Assembly: GCA_018825335.1 (NCBI GenBank)
Contig: JAHJEW010000052.1
Location: forward strand, 1-54,832
DNA from: Patescibacteria group bacterium
GTDB lineage: Bacteria > Patescibacteriota > Gracilibacteria > UBA1369
Reading direction: 5' to 3'
DNA length: 54,832 nt
Shown: positions 32,200 through 41,399 of the stretch, piece after piece
Layout: the number at the start of each line of letters is the position of its first letter
Numbering within the stretch: position 1 is the first letter of the stretch
Notes under the pieces: model-generated
Database searches by the model: none
What the model saw: the letters and a program-made list of their open reading frames with translations, nothing else
Told to the model about the DNA's origin: nothing
Position numbers and translations under genes: made by a program

Positions 32200-33888
32200 A
32201 TGGCCTGGAAAGGTAAGACTTTTTTGCGTGTTCTTCGCGCTTATAATATAGAAGAAAAAGTTGTCAGCCTGGTTTTGGCGGCAGTGGTTATTGTGCTTTT
32301 AGTGCAGAGTGCCGTTGATATTTTCAAGCGGCCTGAATTATTTGCAGGTGAAGGTGGTTATTATACGGAAGGGCTTTTAGATGAGCGTCCGGTGGTTCTA
32401 AATCCTGTTTATACAGACCTGGCGGAGGCAAATCGTGAGATATCCGGTCTGATTTTTAGTGGTTTAACGCGGTATGATCCTATTTTGAAAGCTTTTGTTC
32501 AGGATCTTGCCGATCTTTCTATCAGCGAGGATGGCACAACATATACTTTTACTGTTAAAAACGGGATAAAATGGCATGATGGTGAATCGCTTACGGCTCA
32601 GGATGTTTATTTTACCTATCATGATGTAATTCAGAGCAAGGATTTCCAGAATCCGGTTTTACGTGCCAATTTTGAGGGTGTTGAAATTAAGCTTGTGGAT
32701 GATAGGACGATAGAGTTTGATCTTTCCAAATCCAACTCTTTCTTTATAACCAATCTGAATGTTGGGATTTTGCCGGAGCATCTTTTGAGCGGGATTCCTG
32801 TTGCGGAGCTGCCACAGGCAAATTTCAATGTTCAGCCTGTTGGAACCGGGCCATACATGGTTGATTCTCCGCTGGAAGTGTTTCCTGATGGGCGGCAGAG
32901 GCTGCTTTTGACGTTGAACGACGATTATTACGGGGAAAAACCCAAAATCAAGAATATTCGTTTTCATGTTTATCCGGACGGGGAATCGATGTTGAAAGAG
33001 ATCGGGACTTTGAATATCATTTCCAAGGTGCCAAAAGATGTTTATGAATCGATAAAGGATTCGGAGCGATTTTCTTTCCTGAATTATGAATTACCTCAAT
33101 ATACGGCGGTTTTTCTGAATATGGATTCGACGATTTTAAAGAAGGACAAGGTAAGGATTGCGCTTCAAAAGGCTATAGACAAGGATCAGCTTTTGAAGAT
33201 TTTCTCCGATAAAACGGCCGTGGATACTCCGCTAATGAGTCTGGATCAGACAGAGTGGATATATAAACCGAATCCGGAGGAGGCCAGAGGTGCGCTTTAT
33301 GACAGCGGATACAGGATGAATGAGAATGATGAAAGTGATCCGTACCGTAAAGACACTGAAGGTGAAAATCTAAAATTTGTTTTACTTGTGCGTCAGCTGG
33401 ATGAAAATCCGGCGGCGGCCGCTGAAATTGATAAGACCGTTGATTTTCTGGTTGATGCATGGAAACAGGTTGGCATAGAGGTGGAAGCGCAGTTTGAGAT
33501 TGTGGATACTTTTAACCAGAGAATAAAAGCAAGGGATTATGATCTGCTGTTAACCGGAGAGAGCCTTGGTTATAATTTTGATACTTATGCTTACTGGCAT
33601 TCCGGTCAGGCGGGTGAAAATGGTCTTAATCTTTCAAATTATAAGAGTTTTACCGCGGATAGTCTGATTGAAAAGGTTCGCGGTACTTTTGATAATGACG
33701 AAAAGGACAAGTATTTGCAGGATCTGGCCAAGACTATTGCCACCGATGTGCCGGCTATATTCCTTTACAGGCCAAGTTATATTTTTGCCACGGATAATAA
33801 GGTCAAAGGTATTTCTTTGATGAATCTGGCTTTCTCCGGTGACAGGTTTGCCGGAATTGTAAAATGGTGCATTTTATGTGATTCCTGA
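32200..33888 (+). CDS. Membrane-anchored solute-binding protein, family 5
   Basis: 562 aa with an N-terminal TM anchor. Motifs: YTFTVKNGIKWHDGESLTAQDVYFTY and GTGPYMVDS. Its domain order parallels 13154..14734. Confidence 0.8.
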   Translation: MAWKGKTFLRVLRAYNIEEKVVSLVLAAVVIVLLVQSAVDIFKRPELFAGEGGYYTEGLLDERPVVLNPVYTDLAEANREISGLIFSGLTRYDPILKAFVQDLADLSISEDGTTYTFTVKNGIKWHDGESLTAQDVYFTYHDVIQSKDFQNPVLRANFEGVEIKLVDDRTIEFDLSKSNSFFITNLNVGILPEHLLSGIPVAELPQANFNVQPVGTGPYMVDSPLEVFPDGRQRLLLTLNDDYYGEKPKIKNIRFHVYPDGESMLKEIGTLNIISKVPKDVYESIKDSERFSFLNYELPQYTAVFLNMDSTILKKDKVRIALQKAIDKDQLLKIFSDKTAVDTPLMSLDQTEWIYKPNPEEARGALYDSGYRMNENDESDPYRKDTEGENLKFVLLVRQLDENPAAAAEIDKTVDFLVDAWKQVGIEVEAQFEIVDTFNQRIKARDYDLLLTGESLGYNFDTYAYWHSGQAGENGLNLSNYKSFTADSLIEKVRGTFDNDEKDKYLQDLAKTIATDVPAIFLYRPSYIFATDNKVKGISLMNLAFSGDRFAGIVKWCILCDS

Positions 33889-33950
33889 GCTTTACTTTTT
33901 TGCTGTTTTGCTCTATAAAAAGAGGGCTTTAGACTTTAAGAAAGGATTTT

Positions 33951-34400
33951 ATGCAGGTATTATTTTTACAGGATGTTCGTAGTGTGGCACGCAAAGGTGA
34001 GATCAGGCAGGTTAAAGACGGTTATTTTATTAACTTTCTAGCGCCGCGCAAACTGGCGGTTTTGGCCGGTGATTCTATGGTGAAGCATGCAGAAAAGATG
34101 CAGAAGCAGGTTGTGGTTAAAAAGGAGCGTCTTAAAGAAGATGCGCTTTTGATCAAGAAAAAGATGGAAGGTATTACTATTATAATTAAAGCCAAGGCCA
34201 ACGGTGACAAGCTGTATGGATCTATTTCGGAAAAAGATCTTGTGGCTCCTATATTAGAGGCTTCAAAGGTGGAGCTGGAAAAGAGCAATATTATAATGGC
34301 CGAGCATATTAAGACGGTTGGATCGCACAATGTGACGGTCCATCTGGCCAAAGGTATCGAAGCGAATATTACGGTTGAAGTTCAAGGTGCAAAAAAATAA
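33951..34400 (+). CDS. rplI: 50S ribosomal protein L9
   Basis: 149 aa. The N-terminus MQVLFLQDVRSVARKGEIRQVKDGYFINFLAPRKLA is canonical for L9. Confidence 0.9.
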   Translation: MQVLFLQDVRSVARKGEIRQVKDGYFINFLAPRKLAVLAGDSMVKHAEKMQKQVVVKKERLKEDALLIKKKMEGITIIIKAKANGDKLYGSISEKDLVAPILEASKVELEKSNIIMAEHIKTVGSHNVTVHLAKGIEANITVEVQGAKK

Positions 34401-34812
34401 AGGTAAATTATTGGCGATAGATTTTGGCGATAAAAACACTGGACTTGCGGTTACCGATTTATCGAGGACCATGGTTTTCGGCAGGGGTGTTTTAAGAGGG
34501 TACCGCCGTCTGGAAGACCTTTTTGAACAGATTCTGGGTATTTGTCGCGATGAAGAGGTGACAGAAGTGATTTTCGGTGTGCCTGGCGGACGCTTCGGTG
34601 AAGACACTCCGCAGGTTGAAAGGATGCGTGATATTGGTGGCCGGCTGGAAGAGTATCTTGGCGATGTACCGGTGGTTTTTCAGGATGAGTCTTTTAGCTC
34701 GTTTGAGGCGGATGCGGCCAAGATGGACTCCGGTTTGCGTAAAAAATATTCGCAGCATGAGCTGGCGGCCATGGTGATTTTGGAGCGCTATTTACAAAAG
34801 GAGGCATGGTAA
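34375..34812 (+). CDS. ruvX: Holliday-junction resolvase-like nuclease RuvX/YqgF
   Basis: Motifs: LLAIDFGDKNTGLAV and the C-terminal DESFSSFEA. The track start is a TTG overlapping rplI. GTG 34387 or TTG 34411 are alternative starts. Confidence 0.85.
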   Translation: MKFKVQKNKGKLLAIDFGDKNTGLAVTDLSRTMVFGRGVLRGYRRLEDLFEQILGICRDEEVTEVIFGVPGGRFGEDTPQVERMRDIGGRLEEYLGDVPVVFQDESFSSFEADAAKMDSGLRKKYSQHELAAMVILERYLQKEAW

Positions 34813-34825
34813 ATATACTTTCGTT

Positions 34826-37507
34826 ATGAGTCTTTTTTCGATTTTCATTAATGTTTTGCTGCTTGTCGTGGGTACTGTGGCAGTGCTTACGGCTCTTGAG
34901 TTGTTTGTGCGTCTTCAGCAAAAGAGACGTTTAATGAGGGATGAATATACCACTTTGATGATCCGGGTGGCGAAAGAAAACGAGGCGGGACCTATTGTTG
35001 CGGAGCAGATTTTTTCCACGATTCATGGAGTAACGCGCGATATCGGTTTTTGGGATCGCTTGAGGGGGGACACACAGGACAGGATTAGTTTTGAAATTGC
35101 CAGTGTGGAAAGAAGTATCAGGTTTTATGCGCATTTTCCTTCCCGTCTAAGGAATCTGGTGGAGGGTCAGATTTACGCTCAGTATCCGAACGTGGAAATC
35201 AGCGAGGTCGAGGATTATTCGTGCCCGTCTGGCGTGGAAGTGAGTGAAAGCGAGGCTGTAAAAACCGAAGGCAGAGAATTAAAGGCACTGGTGAATATTG
35301 AAAAAGCGATCAAGAAGTCGGAGGAAAAACGTTTTACTCCGGTTGAGGATTTTAAAAATGCTATCGGTATTGAGCTGGAGCTTAGTAATCCGGATATTTT
35401 TCCAATCAAGAGGTATCCGCAGTTTGAAGACAAGAAAGCTAAATTCTCTTTGGATCCTTTGTCCGCCATAACTTCAACTTTAGCCAAGTTTAACGATCCT
35501 GACGAGCAGGCATGGATTCAGGTGGTTTTCCGTCCTCTTGAGGATAAGTGGAGGACAATTTTCATTAAGTGCATACGAATTTTGAATAAAGGTATTTATC
35601 TGAACATTGCCAAGCTGCAGACTCTTTATGCGCGTGCGTACACAACCAGAAGCAGGATTTTGCGCATTGTATTTTTTCCGGTTTACTGGATTTTTGCGCT
35701 TCAGGGTCTAAAGTCGGGCGTGGTGAATGAGACAGATACCGGTGATTCATCTGTAACAGTGGATGAGGAGGTTTCGCGAACACATGACAGAGAATCAACG
35801 ATTTCGGGTGCTATGGATAAAGTCAGTAAATTACTTTATGAAACCAATGTTCGTATTGTTTATTTGCCCAAACACGCGAATAAAGAGGTTGCGCTTGTAA
35901 AGCTGCGCGAGATTGCGGGTTCTTTCAAGCAGTTCAGTATTCCGCAGGTGAACGGTTTTGTGATAGGGGAGACTTTGTATGGAAAAGATATTGTGGAGCG
36001 CTATAACCGGCGTGAACTGCGTAAGTCGTTTGTTCTGAGTGTGGAGGAAATTGCGACTGTTTATCATATGCCAAACCTGACGGTTACAACTCCCAACATA
36101 TATTGGGTGCGGTCCAGGCGCGTTGAACCACCTGGAGATTTGCCGACCCCGGGCAATACGGGCGCGGAAGATCTTACTGTTCTTGGTAAAACCAATTTTC
36201 GCGGTGCAGGATACACTTTTGGTATTAAGACTCTCGATCGTCGCAGGCATATATATATTATCGGTAAAACCGGCATGGGTAAGTCGACTTTGCTGGAGAA
36301 TATGATTTTTGCCGATATTCAGGCCGGAAAGGGCGTTGCGGTTGTGGATCCTCACGGGGATCTTGCAGATGCCGTTTTGAATTTTGTGCCATCGAACCGG
36401 ACTAATGACGTCGTTGTGTTTGACCCATCGGACAGGGATTTTCCCGTGGCGTTTAATATGCTGGAGAATATTGATCCTTCATTAAACAGTATTGTTTGCA
36501 GCGGGCTTGTGGGTATTTTTAAGAAAATTTACGGTGAAAGCTGGGGGCCGCGTCTGGAGCATATTTTGCGGAATACGATCTTATCTCTTCTTGAGTATCA
36601 AAATGCAACGATGCTTGGAATTCCGCGGGTTTTGCAGGATAAGCAGTTTCGCGGCAGGGTTGTGCGTAAGATCAATGATCCGATTGTAAAAAGTTTTTGG
36701 GAAAATGAGTTTGAAAAGATGGAGCCGCGTCAGCGTATTGAAGCTATTTCGCCGATTTTAAACAAGGTCGGGCAATTTTTATCTTCACCGATAATCAGAA
36801 ATATTCTTGGGCAGCCAAAGAGTGCTATAGATCTTAGATTTGCAATGGATAAGGGTAAAATTGTGATTGTGAATTTGTCCAAAGGTAAGATTGGAGAAGA
36901 TACATCTTCGCTTTTGGGTGCGATGATGATTACGAAGTTTCAGCTGGATGCCATGAGCCGGGCAAATATTCCTGAAAAGGAACGAAAAGATTTCTATTTA
37001 TATGTTGATGAGTTTCAGAATTTCGCCACTGACAGTTTTGCCACAATTTTGTCCGAGGCCCGTAAATACCGCCTTAATCTGACCATGGCGAACCAGTATA
37101 TCGCGCAGATGCCTGAAGAGGTTCGTGACGCTGTTTTTGGTAATGTGGGTACGATTGTTTCTTTCCAGGTTGGATTTGATGATGCCGAATATTTGTCCGG
37201 TCAGTTTGGAGAGGAGGTTTTGCCTAACGATCTGGTTTCTTTAAGCAAGTATACGGCTTACAGCCGTTTGCTAATTGACGGCATGCCATCCAAAACTTTT
37301 TCTATGGATTCATTGCCGCCACCGGATCTGGAGCCGGAAGAGGGTCGGCGTGAAAAGGTGATCCGTCTGGCAAGAGAAAGATACGCAACGGAGCGCGCAA
37401 TTGTTGAGGACAAAATTCGCAGGTGGAGTGAAAGCGGAAATCGCGAGGAACTTCCGGAGGGCGGCAGGAAACTGCCTGGTGGCAAAAAGCCTACTTCTCC
37501 AAAATAA
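34826..37507 (+). CDS. VirD4/TraD-like (FtsK-HerA superfamily) P-loop ATPase, T4SS coupling-protein-like
   Basis: 893 aa. It has one N-terminal TM helix and about 430 aa of unassigned domain. These are followed by Walker A IIGKTGMGKST, VVDPHGDL, Walker B FYLYVDEFQNF and RKYRLNLTMANQY. The C-terminal tail is basic. Confidence 0.75.
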   Translation: MSLFSIFINVLLLVVGTVAVLTALELFVRLQQKRRLMRDEYTTLMIRVAKENEAGPIVAEQIFSTIHGVTRDIGFWDRLRGDTQDRISFEIASVERSIRFYAHFPSRLRNLVEGQIYAQYPNVEISEVEDYSCPSGVEVSESEAVKTEGRELKALVNIEKAIKKSEEKRFTPVEDFKNAIGIELELSNPDIFPIKRYPQFEDKKAKFSLDPLSAITSTLAKFNDPDEQAWIQVVFRPLEDKWRTIFIKCIRILNKGIYLNIAKLQTLYARAYTTRSRILRIVFFPVYWIFALQGLKSGVVNETDTGDSSVTVDEEVSRTHDRESTISGAMDKVSKLLYETNVRIVYLPKHANKEVALVKLREIAGSFKQFSIPQVNGFVIGETLYGKDIVERYNRRELRKSFVLSVEEIATVYHMPNLTVTTPNIYWVRSRRVEPPGDLPTPGNTGAEDLTVLGKTNFRGAGYTFGIKTLDRRRHIYIIGKTGMGKSTLLENMIFADIQAGKGVAVVDPHGDLADAVLNFVPSNRTNDVVVFDPSDRDFPVAFNMLENIDPSLNSIVCSGLVGIFKKIYGESWGPRLEHILRNTILSLLEYQNATMLGIPRVLQDKQFRGRVVRKINDPIVKSFWENEFEKMEPRQRIEAISPILNKVGQFLSSPIIRNILGQPKSAIDLRFAMDKGKIVIVNLSKGKIGEDTSSLLGAMMITKFQLDAMSRANIPEKERKDFYLYVDEFQNFATDSFATILSEARKYRLNLTMANQYIAQMPEEVRDAVFGNVGTIVSFQVGFDDAEYLSGQFGEEVLPNDLVSLSKYTAYSRLLIDGMPSKTFSMDSLPPPDLEPEEGRREKVIRLARERYATERAIVEDKIRRWSESGNREELPEGGRKLPGGKKPTSPK

Positions 37508-38687
37508 TTTCTATACCGGGAAGCATTGTGCCTTCCAGGAATTCGAGCATTGCGCCGCCACCCGTTGAAACGTGGGTGTATTTGTTCAGGTCGATTCCAA
37601 AATTGTTTATGGCGTCAATTGTGTCGCCCCCGCCTATTATTGATTTGGCGCCCGAAATTGTTGTTGCTTTGGCAACGGCTACTGCTATATGCCTTGTTCC
37701 GCGGCTGAATTTTTCTTTCTCAAAAAGGCCAACGGGGCCGTTCCAGATGATTGTTCCGGACTTTGCAATAATCTCTTCAAACGCGGTGATGGTGTTTCTG
37801 CCAATATCAAGAATTTTCATGCTTCCTTCAACGTCTTCAACCGGGATATCGAGAGTTTCCGCTGTGTCTTCTATTTCATCAGCAACTACAGCGTCCGTGG
37901 GTAGATGGAAATTATTGTGTATCGCTTCAGCGTCGAGCATAATTTCGCGGGCGGTTTCCAGTTGATCCGGTTCGTAAAGCGATTCCGCCACGTTGAATCC
38001 TTTTGCGGCCAGAAAAGTGTTGGCAAGGCCTCCTCCAACCAGAAAGTGATCAGCTTTACCCAGGAAATTCTTCATGACACCGATTTTTGTTTCGATTTTG
38101 GAGCCTCCCATTATAACTACAAAAGGTTTTGCCGTGTCCTGCATAAGCTCTGAAAGAGTGTTAACCTCTTTTTCCACAAGAAATCCGGCGTAGGCCGGTA
38201 TGTGCTCCGCTATGCCGTATGTGGATGCGTGCTTTCTGTGCGCTGTGCCGAACGAATCGATTACAAACAGGTCTCCAAGCGCGGCCAGCTTCTTTGAAAA
38301 TTCTTTGTCACAGCTTTCTTCCTCTGCATGAAAGCGAGTGTTTTCGAGTAGGATTATTTCGCCCGCTTGCATGCTTTTTACGGCCTGCTCAACTTCTGGG
38401 CCGATACAATCGGCAAGTTTTTTTACGGGTTTGTTAATCAGTTCCGACAATTTTTCAGCTAAGGGATCAAGTTTTAACTCATCCACTATTTTGCCGTCGG
38501 GACGGCCAAGATGGGTCATTAAAATTACTTTGGCCCCCTTTTCCAGTAAATAATTGATGGTGGGGAGAGTGGCGGTTATCCTTGTATCGTCGGCGACTTT
38601 GCCATTTTCCAGAGGGACGTTGAAATCAACGCGGACCAATACTCTTTTGTCCTTTAAGTCCGCGGTTTTTACAGATTTAATTTTCAT
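37491..38687 (-). CDS. pgk: Phosphoglycerate kinase
   Basis: 398 aa. Motifs: VLVRVDFNVP, HLGRP, GGSKIETKIGV and STGGGA. There is a 17-nt convergent overlap with 34826..37507. Confidence 0.95.
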   Translation of the reverse strand: MKIKSVKTADLKDKRVLVRVDFNVPLENGKVADDTRITATLPTINYLLEKGAKVILMTHLGRPDGKIVDELKLDPLAEKLSELINKPVKKLADCIGPEVEQAVKSMQAGEIILLENTRFHAEEESCDKEFSKKLAALGDLFVIDSFGTAHRKHASTYGIAEHIPAYAGFLVEKEVNTLSELMQDTAKPFVVIMGGSKIETKIGVMKNFLGKADHFLVGGGLANTFLAAKGFNVAESLYEPDQLETAREIMLDAEAIHNNFHLPTDAVVADEIEDTAETLDIPVEDVEGSMKILDIGRNTITAFEEIIAKSGTIIWNGPVGLFEKEKFSRGTRHIAVAVAKATTISGAKSIIGGGDTIDAINNFGIDLNKYTHVSTGGGAMLEFLEGTMLPGIEIILEK

Positions 38688-38712
38688 GATTGCAGTTAAT
38701 AGATTACTGCAA

Positions 38713-39186
38713 CTATTCTACGTCTTTTTTATTTTGACGCAATTCCTTCATGAGAAGAGCCATTTCAATGGCTGAGTGAGCGTAATCCGTGCCGCGATCG
38801 CATCTTTGAAGAGCCTGATCTGGCGTGAATGCCGTTATCACTCCAAAAATAATGGGGGTTCTAGTTTTGAGGCTGGTGTCCAAAATGCCCGCGTGTGAAT
38901 TTTCGCAGACAAGTTCAAAGTGGTATGTTTCGCCTTTAATGACGACGCCAAGCGCAATAATAGCGTCATAGTGATTTTTTCCGGCGACTTCCTGCGCGGC
39001 AAGCGGAATTTCAAGAGCGCCCGGGACGCGAACAACTTCCACTTTGTCGACACTGCATTCTTTTAAGGTTTTGATTGTGTTTTCAAAAAGCCGGTCACCG
39101 ATGGAATCGTTAAATCTGCTCAAAATAATGGCTATTTTGAGTCCTTTGCCGTTTAAATTTTCGGGTTTGCTTGATTTGATTTTCAT
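38713..39186 (-). CDS. ribH: 6,7-dimethyl-8-ribityllumazine synthase
   Basis: 157 aa. Motifs: IAIILSRFNDSI, VRVPGALEIP, GVVIKGETYHFE. Confidence 0.9.
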   Translation of the reverse strand: MKIKSSKPENLNGKGLKIAIILSRFNDSIGDRLFENTIKTLKECSVDKVEVVRVPGALEIPLAAQEVAGKNHYDAIIALGVVIKGETYHFELVCENSHAGILDTSLKTRTPIIFGVITAFTPDQALQRCDRGTDYAHSAIEMALLMKELRQNKKDVE

Positions 39187-39201
39187 TGGGCTGAAGTTAA
39201 T

Positions 39202-39825
39202 TTATAGAAATCCACGATCTTTAAGGAAATCGTATGATACTTCTTTTTCTTTGCCGGACAGCAGAGAGTCAAGATATCGGGCAATAAGGTCGATTTCAAT
39301 ATTAACAGGATCTTCTTTTTTTAACAGTCCCAGATTGGTTTTTTCAAGTGTCGTGGGGATGAGGGAAACTCCGAATGTTTCTTTATCCAGATGGCTTATG
39401 GTCAGGCTGACGCCGTTTATGGCCACCGATCCTTTTAATGCAAAGTATTTTCGCATTTCGGGAGGGACGGTAATGATGAGCAGGTTGTTTTCAGTCGAGG
39501 AGACTTCGGCGCAGAAATCTATGTGCCCGCTGACGAAATGTCCATCCAGGCCATCGCCTATTTTAAGCGGAGTTTCAAGGTTTACGCCGGTGCCAGGCTT
39601 GTAGCTTTTTATGTTTGTTTTGTTGATCGTTTCCGGAATAGCCTCAACTGTGAAAATGTTCTGACCGGGAGATGTTATGGTAAGGCATGCGCCGTCTACG
39701 GCTATGGAATCGCCTTTTTTTTTATTCCGGGCCAGGGAAGATTCTATTTTGAGCTCGATGATTCCGTTTTCTTTTTGAGTGATTTCGGAGATGGTTGCGA
39801 TTTCCCGGATGATTCCTGTAAACAT
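39202..39825 (-). CDS. ribE: Riboflavin synthase
   Basis: 207 aa. MFTGIIREIATI is present, along with the duplicated lumazine-binding repeats (GDSIAVDGACLT and GSVAINGVSLT). Confidence 0.9.
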   Translation of the reverse strand: MFTGIIREIATISEITQKENGIIELKIESSLARNKKKGDSIAVDGACLTITSPGQNIFTVEAIPETINKTNIKSYKPGTGVNLETPLKIGDGLDGHFVSGHIDFCAEVSSTENNLLIITVPPEMRKYFALKGSVAINGVSLTISHLDKETFGVSLIPTTLEKTNLGLLKKEDPVNIEIDLIARYLDSLLSGKEKEVSYDFLKDRGFL

Positions 39826-39950
39826 ATTGGCTTTTAAATGGTCTTTATTCTCGATTAATAAGAGGAAAATGTCAATTTATGATTTTTTTATCCGGCGTTA
39901 ATATCCGGCTGCTACAGTTGAAACACTTTGTATTTTTTAACCATTATATT

Positions 39951-40340
39951 ATGCGAAGTGTAAATAAAGTTATCATCGTCGGGCACCTGGCGGCCGATCC
40001 GGAGATGAAACAAACCGGAAAGGGTGTTACTGTCACCGATTTTAGTGTGGCGACCAACCGTGACTGGAAAACGACCGAGGGTGAATCGCGTCATGCCACC
40101 GACTATCATAGAGTGGTGGCTTGGAGGAATCTGGGCGAAATTTGTGGCAAGTATCTTAAAAAAGGTACCGGTATTTATATGGAAGGCAGGCTTATGAATC
40201 GAAAATATACTAATAAGCAGGGTCTGGATCGCTACATAACGGAAATTGTGGCCGATATGGTTAATTTTGTTTCTTTCAAGAAGACTGGCGGGGTGGAGGA
40301 AATGAATCTGGTTGAGGTGGAAAGTGCCCAGGCTGCGTAG
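39951..40340 (+). CDS. ssb: Single-stranded DNA-binding protein
   Basis: MRSVNKVIIVGHLAADPEMKQT...TDFSVATNR...HRVVAWRNLGE is an OB-fold SSB. The track ORF start (39879) adds 24 hydrophobic residues. The ATG at 39951 fits the family. Confidence 0.9.
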   Translation: MRSVNKVIIVGHLAADPEMKQTGKGVTVTDFSVATNRDWKTTEGESRHATDYHRVVAWRNLGEICGKYLKKGTGIYMEGRLMNRKYTNKQGLDRYITEIVADMVNFVSFKKTGGVEEMNLVEVESAQAA

Positions 40341-40345
40341 TATTA

Positions 40346-40397
40346 AAGGAGGCTGATCTGGCGGCTAAATGCCATTGCCAAAAGCCTCCTTTTTTTA
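40346..40397 (+). terminator. Intrinsic terminator after ssb
   Basis: AAGGAGGCT (40347..40355) pairs with AGCCTCCTT (40383..40391) around a large loop, followed by a T-run (TTTTTT). Confidence 0.5.
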
Positions 40398-40441
40398 TGC
40401 AGGTTTTCCTTTGGAATGTTTTCCGCTAAACTGCTTTCGCT

Positions 40442-41374
40442 ATGCTACTTTCTGTTGTTATCCCAACTTATAACCGGTCGAGTATTCTAAAAGAGTGCCT
40501 TATGGCGCTGGCGGCACAGGATTTGCCTGCTAAAGATTTTGAAGTGATCGTTGTGGATGACGGCAGCCGGGACCAAACGAGAAAAGTGCTGGAAGCTTTC
40601 ACGGCAAAGCATAAGAATTTTCATTTTTTTTCGCAGGAAAATCAGGGGCAGGGGATAGCGCGTAATTTCGGGATTAAAAAGGCAAAGGGCAATATTATTG
40701 TATTGATTGGCGACGATATTATTGTGAAGAAAATTTTTTTATCGCAGCATTTGAGGCTGCATCTGCGGTACGCGGGGGAGAATGAAGCGGTTTTGGGGCT
40801 TACCCTGTGGCATCCGCGTCTTGAAGTGACCCCTTTTATGAAATGGATGACAAACGGTTCCAGTGTGCTTGGTCGATTTGGCGGGCATCAGTTTGCGTAT
40901 GAAAAACTCAGGAACAAAAAACGGGCGGACTATAACTTTTTTTATACGTCGAATATTTCATTGAAGAGATCTTTATTGAAAAAATTTCCTTTTGACCCGG
41001 CTTTTTCTGGTTATGGATGGGAAGATATTGAGCTGGGTTATCGTCTACATAAAGAGGCCGGGCTGAAAATTTATTACAATCCGTCAGCGACAGGTCTGCA
41101 TTATCATAAGATGACTGAGGATGGATTGGCTCCAAGAATGCGCAGTATCGGACGGGCGGCTTGGATCATCCAAAAAAAATATCCCGAACTTAAAAAGGTA
41201 CCTTCTATTGCTAAGCGATTTATTTTCAGAATTATCTCAAATCCGCTATCACTTGCCGTTTTAAAGTTGATTCGCAATATGACGCAGGGGCGGGTTGCGG
41301 GTCTATATTATTACGCTCTTTCAAAAAAGTACTTTCTGGAAGGACTTAATAAGAGGAGAATGTCTTCACATTAG
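40442..41374 (+). CDS. Family 2 glycosyltransferase
   Basis: 310 aa. Motifs: LSVVIPTYNR, VIVVDDGSRD and a DDI (DxD-like) motif. Confidence 0.85.
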   Translation: MLLSVVIPTYNRSSILKECLMALAAQDLPAKDFEVIVVDDGSRDQTRKVLEAFTAKHKNFHFFSQENQGQGIARNFGIKKAKGNIIVLIGDDIIVKKIFLSQHLRLHLRYAGENEAVLGLTLWHPRLEVTPFMKWMTNGSSVLGRFGGHQFAYEKLRNKKRADYNFFYTSNISLKRSLLKKFPFDPAFSGYGWEDIELGYRLHKEAGLKIYYNPSATGLHYHKMTEDGLAPRMRSIGRAAWIIQKKYPELKKVPSIAKRFIFRIISNPLSLAVLKLIRNMTQGRVAGLYYYALSKKYFLEGLNKRRMSSH

Positions 41375-41399
41375 GCGGTCCATATTTTATACTGCGTTT

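Noticed and set aside
39826-39950. Checked for an FMN riboswitch upstream of ribE. Also checked for a purine riboswitch upstream of purC (24699..24834) and a T-box upstream of ileS (28270..28370).
   Set aside because: The intergenic regions are 100 to 135 nt and are shared with divergent promoters. None of the conserved cores of these elements is recognisable by eye. An Rfam scan would be the definitive test.
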